This document shows positions 1 to 11,864 of a stretch of DNA of 64,000 bases, piece after piece (the stretch's first letter is position 1; each line of letters begins with the position of its first letter). The translations under genes were made by a program, and so were the position numbers. The DNA is from Camelus dromedarius (lineage: Eukaryota). The stretch spans positions 114,206,001 to 114,270,000 of the forward strand of contig NC_087437.1 of the NCBI RefSeq assembly GCF_036321535.1, in the 5' to 3' direction. The notes below the pieces were generated by a model. The model was not told the origin of the DNA. It did no database searches and was given only the letters and a program-made list of their open reading frames with translations.

Positions 1-1519
1 CTGTCTCTCCCGTACTTAAATGCTTCCAATAGCCATTGTTATAAAGATCAAGTTGAAATTCCAAATGGGACATCCCTCAATGATCTGCCTGTGTCTCTTC
101 CAGCCTCATCTACAGACCTCTCTAGGATTCCACACCTTTCTACTGGGTTCAACTTTCTTCTCAGGTATATTCATTAAGAGTGATATTAGTGAGGGTCTTA
201 TTAATGAGTAGTAAATTTGTCCAGTATTTGTATAAAATTGTTTTTACTTTGCTTACATCCTTAAATGATTATTTATTCCATGTTCATGGTTATTATATCT
301 CAGTGCTCTGAGGGCCAAGGAAGGCCACTAATGATGGTGCCCAGGACACAAGACAATGATGAGGAGCCCCTCAAAAATGACTTGACCTCCTTGTAACTTC
401 TGTCTGGGGCCAGCCTTGCTTATAGAACAGAGTATATTTCACAAAGAGAACTTCTCCATAAACTCTATTTGACATCTTTGCTTTGCTTATCTCTGCCAAA
501 CACACTGCTCTTCCAGAAAACCAGCAAGGGGACACCTGTCTAGCTTCATAAGATAAGAAAAGTTCAGAAATATTCTTACACCTGGCCGTATTTTAAAGAC
601 TGTGGTGCCTAGGTTTTCAGAATCATAAAAAAAAATTCATAAGTTAAATAAATATTTTAAACTTTTAATTTTAATCCTCCATGTAAAAGCCAAACATGAG
701 ACTCAAGGCCCAGGAGACTCAGGCTAACTTATTTCTGTAAAATAAATCATTTCCTTCTAGTTGGCAAGCTTAGGGAAATGTATGCTATTCATTAGATTAC
801 TAGCCCCCTCAGCCCAGCACTGCTGGGTAATTCTTTTTCATCTCTAAAACACCAATATTTGTGGCTAATTTAATTGATTCATGCCAAAGATGCAAGTGAA
901 AATTGTTTTGGGTTTTATTTCATTACAAAACTATTAACTTGGTGTTTTGAAGAGAAAGAAAAAATGTTTTGAAAAAAATAAAAAGAGATCCAGGGGCCCA
1001 CTGGCCAGAAGAAACACACCAGGGAGCAACACGCACGTGTGTGAACGGCTTCTGAAAGGGACGGATTACAATCAAATTCCCTTAAGACAGGCAGACATTG
1101 CTTATTTTTTTGCAAAAAATATATTTGACCTAAACATGCATAAAACATAGATGTTCACATTCTGAACAACCTAAAAATATTAACTCCCTTCCCCCTTATT
1201 TGGCATCTCCTTTGGCACTCTTACGTGCCTTCTGAAATCCACTGTACTGCAGTTGGCAGACATGCAATCTCATATTTGCCCTCTTGAAATGCAAATGTAT
1301 ACAAGCCTTGTCCCGATGTATATTGACTATAAATTCTTTGCAGGCAAGGACCATGAATTTTGTTGTTGTTATTCTTTTCTACTTCTCAAAAATATCTCAT
1401 AAAACCCACTTTGGCACTGTGTTTAGATTTACATAACAGATTTGTGCTCCCCAAATGCTGTACTTCCTTCACCAACAGGACTTTGCACGTGGTTTATCTA
1501 GAACATCCATCTCATCCTT

Positions 1520-2360
1520 CAGGAAATAGACAATAAAAAATATGGTAAAAAGATATTTTGAGAAACTTTATGACAATAAACCTGACAATTTATATGAAGT
1601 GCACACATTCCTTGACAATCACACCTTACCAAAGCTGACACAGGAAGAAAGAGAAATATGAATAGCTCAATATTTATCTTAGAAGTTAAATCTGAAGATA
1701 AAAGCCTTTCCACAAATAAAATTCTAGGTCCAGATGGCTTCACCTGTGAGCTCTTTCATACATAAAGAAGAATTAACATCCATTATACACAAAATCTTTC
1801 AGAGAAGAGAACAAGTCCAGCCTAGCCATGATATTAAAATCTCCAAGGGCATTACAGGGTGAAGAAATTATAGACCAAACTCGCTTATCAGGTACAAAAT
1901 CCTGAACAAACTATTTGCAAACTGTATAGAAAAGGAAAATACATTATGATAAATTTGGGGTTATCCTAGGAAGGCAGAGTTGGGTTAAGATTAAAGATCA
2001 ATTCATGTCATTAACTGCATTAACAGATTAAATATGAAATCATCATACGATCCTTCCAATAGATGCAGGAAAATGATTAAATTTCAATGTTCGTTCATGT
2101 TTAAAAAAAAAAACTTTTAGAAAACTAGAAATATGAAGGGACTTCCATAACCTATAAAAACTATCCATAGTAAATATCATACGTTATAATGAAACATTGA
2201 AAGCTCTCCTTAGGCGTCAGGAACAAGATTTAGATGCATGTAATTATTTCTATCAACATTCTAGTGGACGTTTCAGTGCATGCAAGGAAACATAAACTAA
2301 ATGTGTAAGGATTGTTATGAAAGAAACAAAACTTCCATAAAATTTACAAATGATATGTTT
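1520..2360 (+). mobile_element. Old LINE-1 ORF2 fragment (degenerate)
   Basis: Decayed ORF2 coding sequence, e.g. ttaccaaagctgacacaggaagaa (LPKLTQEE), ggtccagatggcttcacc (GPDGFT) and atagatgcag (IDA); many stops and frameshifts. Confidence 0.9.
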
Positions 2361-2480
2361 TTATGATTTTAGCATCTAAGTTCATGAATATATTTGCATT
2401 GTAATTTTTTTTTTCTCATTCATGTCAGGTTTAGTCGAGTCTGTGCTAATTTCATAAACTTTTTCAATTCTCTGGGATAC
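2361..2480 (-). mobile_element. Short antisense L1 ORF2 fragment
   Basis: Reverse complement resembles the FYE..KPD..MN.DAKI segment of L1 ORF2. Confidence 0.6.
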
Positions 2481-2489
2481 TTTTTGTAC

Positions 2490-2615
2490 GTATGAACCAT
2501 GTCTCTTATTTTCTGATGTTTTGACATTAGAAGGCCTGGCTAATCCTGGAGGGTTGCCCCTCCTAAGGCTAGTTTATTCCCAGAGACACTAAACAGCTCA
2601 CCCCTGAGAGTGCCG
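2490..2615 (+). mobile_element. ERVL LTR fragment (MER74-like)
   Basis: gatgttttgacattagaaggcctggctaatcctggagggttgcccctcctaaggctag...cccagagacactaaacagctcacc matches my recall of the MER74 5' region. Confidence 0.65.
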
Positions 2616-4576
2616 TGGCATTGGTCCAGGCGACCAATTCTGTAGAGGCTGGCAGTGGTCACTTTCTCAATCTCTTCATCTCACAAACGCCTGTGGCGTG
2701 GGTTTTTTTCTGACAATTTAGCCTATTTTGTAGGGTTACAGTTCCGTGACCTTCTCCCTGGAGAACGACTCAGAAACCAAGCATGATTATTACTTTTGAT
2801 TACTGGAATAAAGCAGAAACAGTAAAATTAATAGCTTTAGTTTTCACAGTGGGCCTGGAGCTGTGAGTAGCAACCGGTGAGTCAGGTTAGCTGGCCGTTT
2901 CAGGGGCAAGCTTAAAGGTAAGCCATCTGTTAGCCTAAGTGCGGACGTTTTATTAATTCGCCTTCAAGCCTAGGGCAGTGCTGGGAGCTCAATAGTGGCT
3001 CATTCTCATTGCGTGGACAAATAGGAAATGGACACAAGGACATACTCAACATGGGCCATGGCAGGTGTTTGAGAAAACAGTGAGGAGACCATACCCCAGA
3101 GAGCCAACGTCATTTAGGGGTTCCTGGGGAACCAAGCCAGTAGGGGGCCTTGAGCCCCCAGTGGGAGAGTCAGACAGGTTAGATCACAAACACCAGCCAC
3201 ACTCTTTACCACTCCGGCCCTTGGGCTGAGGCTGTATCTGGCTGAAGGCTTGCAATGAACTTGCCCCTTTTGTATTCAGTCAGCTAGACCATGGGTTTCA
3301 AATAATCGTCAGGGAATATCATAATGAGTGACTATTTGTAATTCTAGGGAGACTCAAAGCACAATTCTATTCTTCAACATAAAAGACGACATCTTAGAAA
3401 ATGAGGTAATTAAAATACATATCACTAGGCATCCATTTGAGCATGGTCTGAGTTCTGACATCACAAGCGAAAACAATTTTAACTCCACTTAAAGAGATGT
3501 CAAATTCAGGCAGTTTTACAACAGGAAATGGAAAAAGGTTAAGGCTTTAACATGATTCAGGTGTCATTTGATATATATACATAGGAAATTAGGTCACTTA
3601 AAATATTTTTTTTAATCAAGAAATTTACAGCTCAGAATAAAATGATGTTTCAATCCATTTTAACCACTGTTCTGACCCATTCACGTTTTTTTTAACGTTA
3701 CCCTGCACTGACCACTGTGCAGCTATGAACAATGGACAGTTCCAAGAAGACCTCTCTGCTTATTTCACTGTTACTAATATTTTAATGCCAGTGAAATGTA
3801 AACTATTGAACATGGCTATTTTCATGAAAAAAAAAAAAAAAAAAAGGAGTCTGCCATCTGTTAAACGTGGGTGACTAGAATTACACAGGAACGACTCACT
3901 GGCATCAATGTCCCTGGTTCATGAAACAAACTCATTCAAGGGAAGAGGCCAGAAAAAATGTGGATAAACCTCAACTGCTTTTGCTATTTATTTATAAATC
4001 TCTATGCAAGAATTCAAGACCCAACTCAAATGCCACCTCCATGGGAACACTTGCCTTTTCCTCTGAAGCACGATGAGTCATTTCCTCCCATTTTCCAGTG
4101 TATAACTAACTCTCTATTCTGACGCATACTTCTTTAGCCAGTACGTGTCTCCTCCACTCAACTTCTGGCTTCATAAAAAGTCCCCTTTTTGTCAATTTTG
4201 AATCCCCACGCCCCAGCAAAGTGTCAAGCTTCCAAGAAAGGTTTCTTAACAAAGTAAAAGCTTATTTTAATCAAGGGCCTCCTATATATGTACCAAGTGC
4301 TGGTCATTATTACTTTAATAGTAATTTTTTTAAAAAAAACCTGATCTGCCCTCAAGGACCTTGTGTTCTGATTGTGAGTTTAAAGCAGAAGCGGGCTTTG
4401 CTGTCTAGTTACAGCTCTGTCTGTCACCTCCCAGCTTATCAGAAGCTTAATAGCAACCTGCCCCTATTTTTTTCTGGGACAAAGGGCTTATCCGCCTAAC
4501 ACAGTCATCCTAATAACAATCAGGGAGTTGTGTCACAGCACCTTGACACTGTTCTTAATGTTCTCTTCAGAAAAGT

Positions 4577-4687
4577 GGGGAGAAGGTACAGCTCAGTGAT
4601 AGAGTGTGTGCTCAGCATGCACAACGTCCTGGGTTCAATCCCCAGTACCTCCATCAAAAAATAAATCAATACAAATAATAAAATTAA
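4577..4687 (+). mobile_element. tRNA-derived SINE, camelid Vic-1 type
   Basis: gggg start, A box (cagctcagtgatag), B box (gggttcaatcccc), cagtacctcca, then an A-rich tail; about 110 bp. Confidence 0.88.
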
Positions 4688-5273
4688 GGGAAAAGATCTG
4701 TAAGATTCCAAGTTGTTTTCTGAAGAAAAGCCCTGATTGAAGAAATGTTTCAGACCATGCTTGCAACATTTTTAAAGCAAAGGAAAATTTTAAATATAAC
4801 ACATGCAAGTCACTATACTAATTTACTTATAAAATATATCGAGTAAAGAGCTGCTTCTAAGCATAACTTACACATTTAATACGTCCAGCTATAAATCAAA
4901 AACACTCACCATGGGGGTGTTTCTAGTGAAACTGTCGCACTCCCCATTAATTTTACTGACTGGAATTTCAGTCGAAGATTAAGTGGTTAATTTTTCAAGC
5001 AGTGACACAAATTCTCTTTTCTCTTAATGGAAGATGGTAAAAGAAAGGTGTTTTCTATATTTCTGGCCTATGTGAAGAGACAAACCAGTTTTATTGTACC
5101 ACATTGTAAAGACAATGCTCCCATTTGGATAATTTTTTTTAATCACTGTACACATAGTGTAGACATTGAGAATTTTCTTGTTCAAGGGAATTATAAAATA
5201 TATACTTTTTAAACAGAGATAGTCTGCCATACTAGACATATAAAAGCTATGTCATCCCAGTGTGTGAAATAAT

Positions 5274-5379
5274 TGTGATTTGAAATATCACAGTCCAGTA
5301 TCCCCACAAGAACAGTTATGTCTATCCCACATTGGGTTTTGGTTTTTGATTTGGATAATATATACCCTGTGATGATCCA
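5274..5379 (-). repeat. Left arm of an inverted duplication of an unclassified ~110-bp unit
   Basis: Reverse complement aligns to 6622-6733; exact blocks include ttgggttttggtttttgatttggataat (28 nt) and tgtgatttgaaata (14 nt). Confidence 0.92.
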
Positions 5380-6047
5380 GCATGCCCTGGCACCTAACAG
5401 GAAACACAATAAAGGTGTGTGGGAACTCAGTCTTCCCCATGGCAATCAGTCCTGTTCTCCAAATCTGATTTCATAAGAAGATCTCAGCCTATATTTAAAA
5501 AAAAAAAAAGTATTTCCCACCAGATAATCTAAAAATTTATTGTGAACCTTTACATCATGTGAAAGTTCAGGATAAACTGGTAGATCTTTCCTAATTCCAA
5601 TCATCCTCAAGAACCTTTTAAACACTGTTCACTAAATAGCAATCTCCAATTTTTAACACCAGCTTTGCTAAATTGTTTTCCTAAATCCTGTGAAAAGTGC
5701 TCCAAAATGATGTCTTGTGGAAAGAGAGCCCCAAAGCACAGCATGTGAACAAGACAAGTAAGAGTTTGTATTCTGCTTTCAATCTGTTCCAAATATACTG
5801 TTCTCTCCCAGTTAAAGGAGAAAATGATTACATATTCAGCTCTCTTGAAATAATTAAAAGGTCATCAATTTCCTGTCATGGAAGTGATATGGTTTAATTA
5901 CATTCTATAAATGTATTGACCAGGCCACAGGGGAGACCGTCCAGCTCAGAGGTTATTATCTTAACAACAAACTGATGTCCACTGAGTGAGATGTGAGTGT
6001 GTATGTAAAGATTTGTGTAGATGTGTGGATTTTAAAATGATGTAGAG

Positions 6048-6344
6048 ACAGAAAACAAACTTACAGTTACCAGCGGGGAAAGGGGTGGGAAGGGATAAAT
6101 TAGGCATTCAAGATTTGCAGATACTAGCTACTATATATAAAACAGATAAACAACAAGTTTCTACTGTACAGCACAGGGAACTATATTCAGTATCTCGTAG
6201 TAACCTATAATGGAAATGAATATGAAAAGGAATATATGTATGCATATGAATGACTGAAACATTATGCTGTACATAAGAAATTGACACAACATTGTAAACT
6301 GACTATGCTTCAATAAAAAAATTAAAAATAATAAAATAATAAAT
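6048..6344 (+). mobile_element. 5'-truncated L1 3' UTR with A-rich tail and target-site duplication
   Basis: Artiodactyl-type L1 3' end (cagcacagggaactatattcag...ttgacacaacattgtaaactgactat..caataaaaaa). TSD aaaatgatgtagag (6034-6047) / aaaatgactgtagag (6345-6359). Confidence 0.93.
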
Positions 6345-6621
6345 AAAATGACTGTAGAGTCTCTAAATAGCAAAGTTGGTTGGAACCAGAGAGAGTTTAA
6401 GATTTCCTCATATTTTTCCTGGAGAAAATAAAATACTTATTCTAAGAAATACAGAATTCACTTATATTAATATACACAAACTTTCCCTTTTCTAGGACTT
6501 TCATCCACATCTGGCTAATAATAAAAATGGCAATTAAATAGAACATCTCTCAAGGTAATCATTGTTTCAGTTTCCCCTAATCTATCCTAAAACAGTTAAA
6601 AGGAACAAGTCTCTAAGTGTA

Positions 6622-6733
6622 TGGATCATTACAGGGTCCAGATTATCCAAATCAAAAACCAAAACCCAACGTGTGATGGGTGTGATTCCAAGATCCCTTA
6701 TGGAGACAATGGGCTGCAGTATTTCAAATCACA
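6622..6733 (+). repeat. Right arm of the inverted duplication, flanked by a 14-bp direct repeat
   Basis: Homologous to the reverse complement of 5274-5379; gtctctaagtgtat occurs at 6609-6622 and 6735-6748. Confidence 0.92.
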
Positions 6734-7269
6734 GGTCTCTAAGTGTATAAAGGACTCATTCTGATGTCACTCAGTCTCGTGTCTACACCAGCGAGGAGAG
6801 TCCTACATAGTAAGTAGTGTGGACAAACTTCACTGACCAGCTCAAATGTCAAAATGTAGTATTTCTACCCAAAATTTTATTAGAACAAGTGGTAGCACTC
6901 AAAAGTTTCCAATATAGAGGGTTTCTTCAAAGTGAGGTCAGTTAGAGACTTAACACACTGTTATTAACAATTCATAGAACAGATTTTTCTCGTCTCTCTC
7001 CCCACATCAGTCCATGCCTGAGCCTCGCCATCTTGCTTGGTTTCCCCTGAAAAAGCCTCTACCGCTTCACCTGTCTGAGCCTGTGCACTGGTTGGTTGTA
7101 GGCTTCCTGGATGTGGACCCCTCCCCTCTCCCATCCCCACCTGGTAAACAAACTCAGCTCCAACACCAAAGCTCTTAGTAAAGCCCCTGGAGCTGGGCAT
7201 TTCTTCCACCGTGTTGCGCATTGACCTCTAGCCATGCCTCAGTCGTGCGAGGCCGCTCAGAAACAACAC

Positions 7270-7470
7270 TAGAGGAGGAATCAGCTCCCTGTTCTGCCAC
7301 GGCCCCCGCTCTGTGATCCTGGGAAAGCTTCCCAACCACGCGAACCTTGGGATCCTTGTGTGGAAAACTGGGATAATGACACGTCACTCATGAGTCTTAA
7401 AGCAATTAAAAGAGAGAACATACGCAGAGCCCAGCACAGTGCCTGGCGTACAGAGGCGCTCAGCAAGTGC
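7270..7470 (+). mobile_element. MIR SINE
   Basis: ctgtgatcctgggaaag...gaaaactgggataatga...gcacagtgcctggcgtacagaggcgctcagcaa resembles the MIR core and 3' end. Confidence 0.7.
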
Positions 7471-7510
7471 CCGCCCCCCGCCCCGTGCCTCCGCCAATCC
7501 CGCTCCCCTC
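7471..7510. promoter_or_regulatory. GC-box / CCAAT cluster (promoter-like)
   Basis: CCGCCC at 7471 and 7478 and GCCAATC at 7493, inside a locally CpG-enriched patch. Confidence 0.35.
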
Positions 7511-7749
7511 CAGGGCTCCCGGCAGTAAGCCTGCAGCCTACCAGGGTGGGGACCCTGGGGACAAGGCGTCCTCTGTTAGTTCGGGCCCGCTTGCTGCCCC
7601 CTAAAGCCCTGTGTGTACGGGAAGTTGCCTTTGTGTGTTACAGCCCCATCTACCGCTCCCAACTGATCCCAGCTCCCGACACAGAGACCGTGATTTACAC
7701 AGTCTGAGGTGGGATCTGCAGTTACCAAGTTTAAAGCTGAGGCTTCTGC

Positions 7750-8560
7750 TCATCAAAATAAATAAATAGAATAAAGTTAAAGGCAAACATCATATGTGAG
7801 GAAAAATAGTTGCTATACAGACAAAGTACCGGTATCTTTATATATAAAAAGGTCGATCAAATCGAATTTTAAGTGCTGAAGCTCCAATGGGTGAACTGAC
7901 AGAGAATGTGAATGAGCAATTTCCACAAAGGAAATATAACTAATCAACAAATGTGTGGAAAATGCTTTCCTTCACTAGTAATCAAGGAATGGTGCATTAA
8001 AATAACAATGAAGTAACCTTTGACCCCTATCAAATTAGCAAAGATTTTTTTTTTTAAATAATAATATCCACTGCTGATGAGGGGCTGTGAAAAGGGTACT
8101 CTCGAATATTGCCAGTATTTTGGTAAAAGCCCTTTGGAAAGCAATTTGGCAAAGAGCCTTGTAATATTTATATTCTCTAACTCAGTAAGTCCACTTTTGA
8201 GAATGGAGCCTAAGAAAATAATTCTAAATATTGAGAAGCACTCCTTAGAATAGCAAAAGAAAAAAATCAGAAATAATCCAAATACTGGATACAAGCATAA
8301 TAGTTACACAAATAACGTGCACTCATTTCATCATTATAATGTAACCTTTTCAAAGTGTATTTCTCAAGAATATGCGATATATGGAAAATATACACATAAT
8401 AATGTTAAATGAAAAAAAAGTAGGATAGAAATAGTATATACATGACCTTTCCATTTAGAGTGAAAACAAACAGAATAAAGACTAGAATTAAAATACAAAA
8501 AAAAAAAAAAAATTAATAGTGTCTGGATAGTGAACCCATGGATGAGATGATAGACAGGTG
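7750..8560 (+). mobile_element. Ancient L1 (L1ME-like) ORF2 end and 3' region
   Basis: ttcactagtaatcaaggaa...cctatcaaattagcaaag...ctttggaaagcaatttggc are typical L1ME 3' motifs. Confidence 0.8.
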
Positions 8561-9740
8561 TTTGTTTTAATTCAAAGACCTTCTTATTATAAGATATTCT
8601 TTCGTTGTAACTGGCAAACTCTTACAGTGTGTCACATAAGCTTCATTAAAAACCAATTTTTTTAATGTCCCAAATTAAACTTATTTTCCTACTTAAGATT
8701 TTCAGGAAATACATTTTTTCCATTCTTTTAAATAAGAACTGGCTTTTGTTTTTACCTTTTCGTTGCTGGTGGTATGTAAATAACACAAGAATTATAGATT
8801 TAGAATTTCCCTCAAGAGAATACCCAGGCCACTTTCCTTCTGAGACAAAAGTTATCTGGTACAGCATTTTAAATCTCCATCAATTATACCATAACCCTCA
8901 TTAAGTGTTTCTACTTGCTCATAACTTCCCTCATAAACTGAAATTCAAATAAGTGACGTGTGTTTTTTTTTAATTCTAATCTAACTTTTGACATATATCT
9001 ATCTAGAGATAGAAGCTAAATTGATTTCACATTTTGAAAAAGATCACCAAATAGTATATGTAGTTCTAATCTTACTAGCAATTAGTTTTTAAACTGTTTG
9101 TTCATTGAAGGTAACAGTTGTAAGTCATTTTAAGAAATGACCTTTCAAATTGTTTTAAGAAATTCATCCAATGACTCCCCACTATTGGATTTGGCAAAAT
9201 CAGAGTTTGAGGTTGAGGGAAGGAAGGTATGGATGCAGAGTTCAAGAGCCCAGCCAATCTGGGAGCCAGAAACCAGGGACCCAGTGTGGGGCTTGGTCAC
9301 GTCCAGAACCCAGGAGCCATTTGGCACTGGGAACCAGATACAGCCTTCTGTCTTGGATACCAGACCTGAGATGCAGCCAAGAATGGGCCTTGCCTCGGGG
9401 GGCTTTTAGGAAAAGTAACCTTCTTGCATCAGTCCTGCCGCCTCCCCTGTTGGAACTCTGCTGAGAAGAAGCCAGCCCTGCAGACCAACATCCAGGTCCT
9501 CTCGGCCAGTCAAGGAGCCCCACTCCCAGGGACCAGGAAGAGAGGGCTGGTGGAACAAGCCACGGGCCTTTAGGACATGAGGAAGGCTTGAATATCTCCC
9601 TGAACTTCTCTTGCCTGGCTTGTAGCCCTGATGGATCAGTCTGGAGACTACGACCTCCTGATACACAGTGTCTAGGCAGTAACACATTCTAAACCACATC
9701 AGCAGACCTCATCTCGTCACCAAAATCTCAACATGCTAGA

Positions 9741-9946
9741 ATTGCATTGTCCAATATTGCAGCCACTAGCCACATAAAGCCATTTAACTTTAAATGCATT
9801 AAAATTAAATAAAATTTAAAATATGGTTCCTCTGTTGCATAAGCCATAGTTCAAGTTCAGCCACAGGTGGCTGGTGGCTATCGCCTTGGACTTCACAGGT
9901 CTGGATCACTGCCATCATCACAGAAAGTCCTACAAGACTGCTGTTC
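9741..9946 (+). mobile_element. hAT-Charlie MITE (MER3-like)
   Basis: tgtccaatattgcagccactagccacat...aaaattaaataaaattt...catcatcacagaaagtcct matches my recall of MER3. Confidence 0.85.
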
Positions 9947-11476
9947 CAGAAGATACTGGTTCTAGCAGGAGTAAACAGGCCTATTTCCCCATTTCTACGA
10001 CAGTAAAACTTAGAAGATCTGACTTAAAAAAATTAAAAACAAGGGAGAGGCTTGAACACTGTTAACATTTAATTAATTAATTAAAAGTTGCCTTCAGCCC
10101 CATCCGTATAAAATAAACCCCTGACTGTGGTCAGCGGTTACATGCAGACTTTGTCATTTTGCTTACTGACCACACGTTTTCATTGATCAATTCTAAATTG
10201 GATTATTGTTAGTTTTAAAAGCGCCTGAGCAGCAGAAAGTGGCCGTGGTGGCAGGCAGAGGGGAGATGGATAGCAGAATAAACAGGGAAAGTGACAAGAT
10301 CCGAGGCTGAATTGATCACTGTCAGCGGGTCCGTGGTCAGCTGTCTGCCCTTTAGTGCCCAAAGTAAACATCAGAATAATGTTTAGACAAACACATTTGA
10401 TTTTTGAGGTAATGGGTATGTCAACTCAAAGACAAACCTTAGAAAGGTCAAAGGGATATCCATTTTTCAGACTCCTTCAACCATTAATCGTTGATTTGGG
10501 TAACAGTGCACTTGTAGGCAGAGTGGGGAGGGAACCCCGGCTTGCGTGTGTGCTGTGTGATGTTCTGGACAGAGCTCCCCAGGATTCACCTGATTGCCAA
10601 TATTTTCTCCAAAATAAAATTTTGTTGTAAGCGAAGAGTTCATCCTTTAGAAGTGGCACGTGGAATTTCAGTTGTCTAAAGACAATCCAAAATGCAACAA
10701 TCATATTAATCCTTGGAAGGGACTCAGTCCATTAGCCTCCACTACAATCATACTTATGTTGCCTGTTATCTATAATAAAACAAAACACAGCAAGTCCATT
10801 CTTAATCATCCATTAGCCTCTGAGAAATTTATAATGTCATTCCAAAAACAGGATACTATGGGTGAATCACAAGTACCCGAAATTACATTTTGGTACAATT
10901 CACCATTTGCTGGGTCATTTTTATTGTGATTGTTTTTTCCCTTTGAAATATCACACATTACCTATGACTTCTGAGGCCAGCCAGCATTGATGGTGCCTGT
11001 TCTGGGAGTCCCAAACTCACTGGGTTTTCTGATCACACAAGACATTTTTCTTTTGCCTGGAGGGATGTGATGGATAAAACCAGATGGGAAGGGAATGTGG
11101 TGTAGAAATATTCCTGTCTCCAGGACGAGTTGCACATGACCCTGCTTCTCACAGAGGAACTTCACAGTGGGTGCATTGGCAGACACTGTTTGTATATCAT
11201 AACCTATCCATCTATTGAAGTCGTGTCACTTGTCAACATGTTAGGACCCTCTAAACTCATCAAACACATCAATGAATGTAGGAAGTCAGAGAAATGTGAA
11301 GCGTTATCTGCATTCTACGTGGAAACACACATGCCATGGCAGATAAAACAGTGTAATGAGAGGGAAGCATAAACCATACGGGCATCTGTTTCCTTTGCTA
11401 TGTAAAATTCCAGCAGACTCACTGTGCAGGTTGTGTGCTTAAGAAATAAATCTTTGAAAAACACCTGCAGTGCAGA

Positions 11477-11838
11477 TGTCTTAGTCAGTTTCAGTGTCAT
11501 AACAAAATGCCTAGACTGAGTGGCCTAAACAATGAAAATTTATTTTCTCACAGCCCTCGAGTCTAGAAGTCCTGGTCAGTTTCTGGTGGGAGCTCTCTTC
11601 TTGGCTTGTGGACAGCTGCCTTCTCCTGTGTCCTCACACAGCAGGGAGAGAGAGAGAGAAAGCTCTCTAGAGTCTGTTTTTATAAAGGCACTAATCTCAC
11701 CATGAAGACCCCATCCTCATGACGTCATCTAAACCTAAGGAACTTCCAAAGCCCCACCTCCAAACAGCATCACACTGGAAGTCAATGCTTCAACAAATGA
11801 ATGTGGGTGGGGTGGGGGGCACACGATCAGTGCATCAC
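11477..11838 (-). mobile_element. MaLR solo LTR (MLT1A-like)
   Basis: tgtcttagtc...aaatttattttctcacag...ctcatgacgtcatctaaacct...gcttcaacaaatgaat; about 360 bp. Confidence 0.85.
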
Positions 11839-11864
11839 GAGAGGCATGGGGTTATCAGCTTTCA

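Noticed and set aside
3550..3845. Possible processed pseudogene ending in the poly(A) at 3827-3845
   Set aside because: No polyadenylation signal at the right spacing, no TSD and no recognisable coding homology.
4577..4655. Functional tRNA-Ala gene
   Set aside because: Degenerate stems and an A-rich tail mark it as a SINE copy.
5334..5371. V(D)J RSS-like motif (ggtttttga ... ccctgtg) in the inverted-repeat unit
   Set aside because: The spacer is 15 nt with the better nonamer (22 nt only with a poor one). The second copy lacks the essential CAC, no V or J segment (FGxG/WGxG) is adjacent, and the heptamers face inward rather than marking transposon ends.
10131..10141. TCAGCGGTTAC, identical to part of the vault RNA 5' region
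   Set aside because: Only 11 nt; no B box, closing stem or vault 3' sequence.
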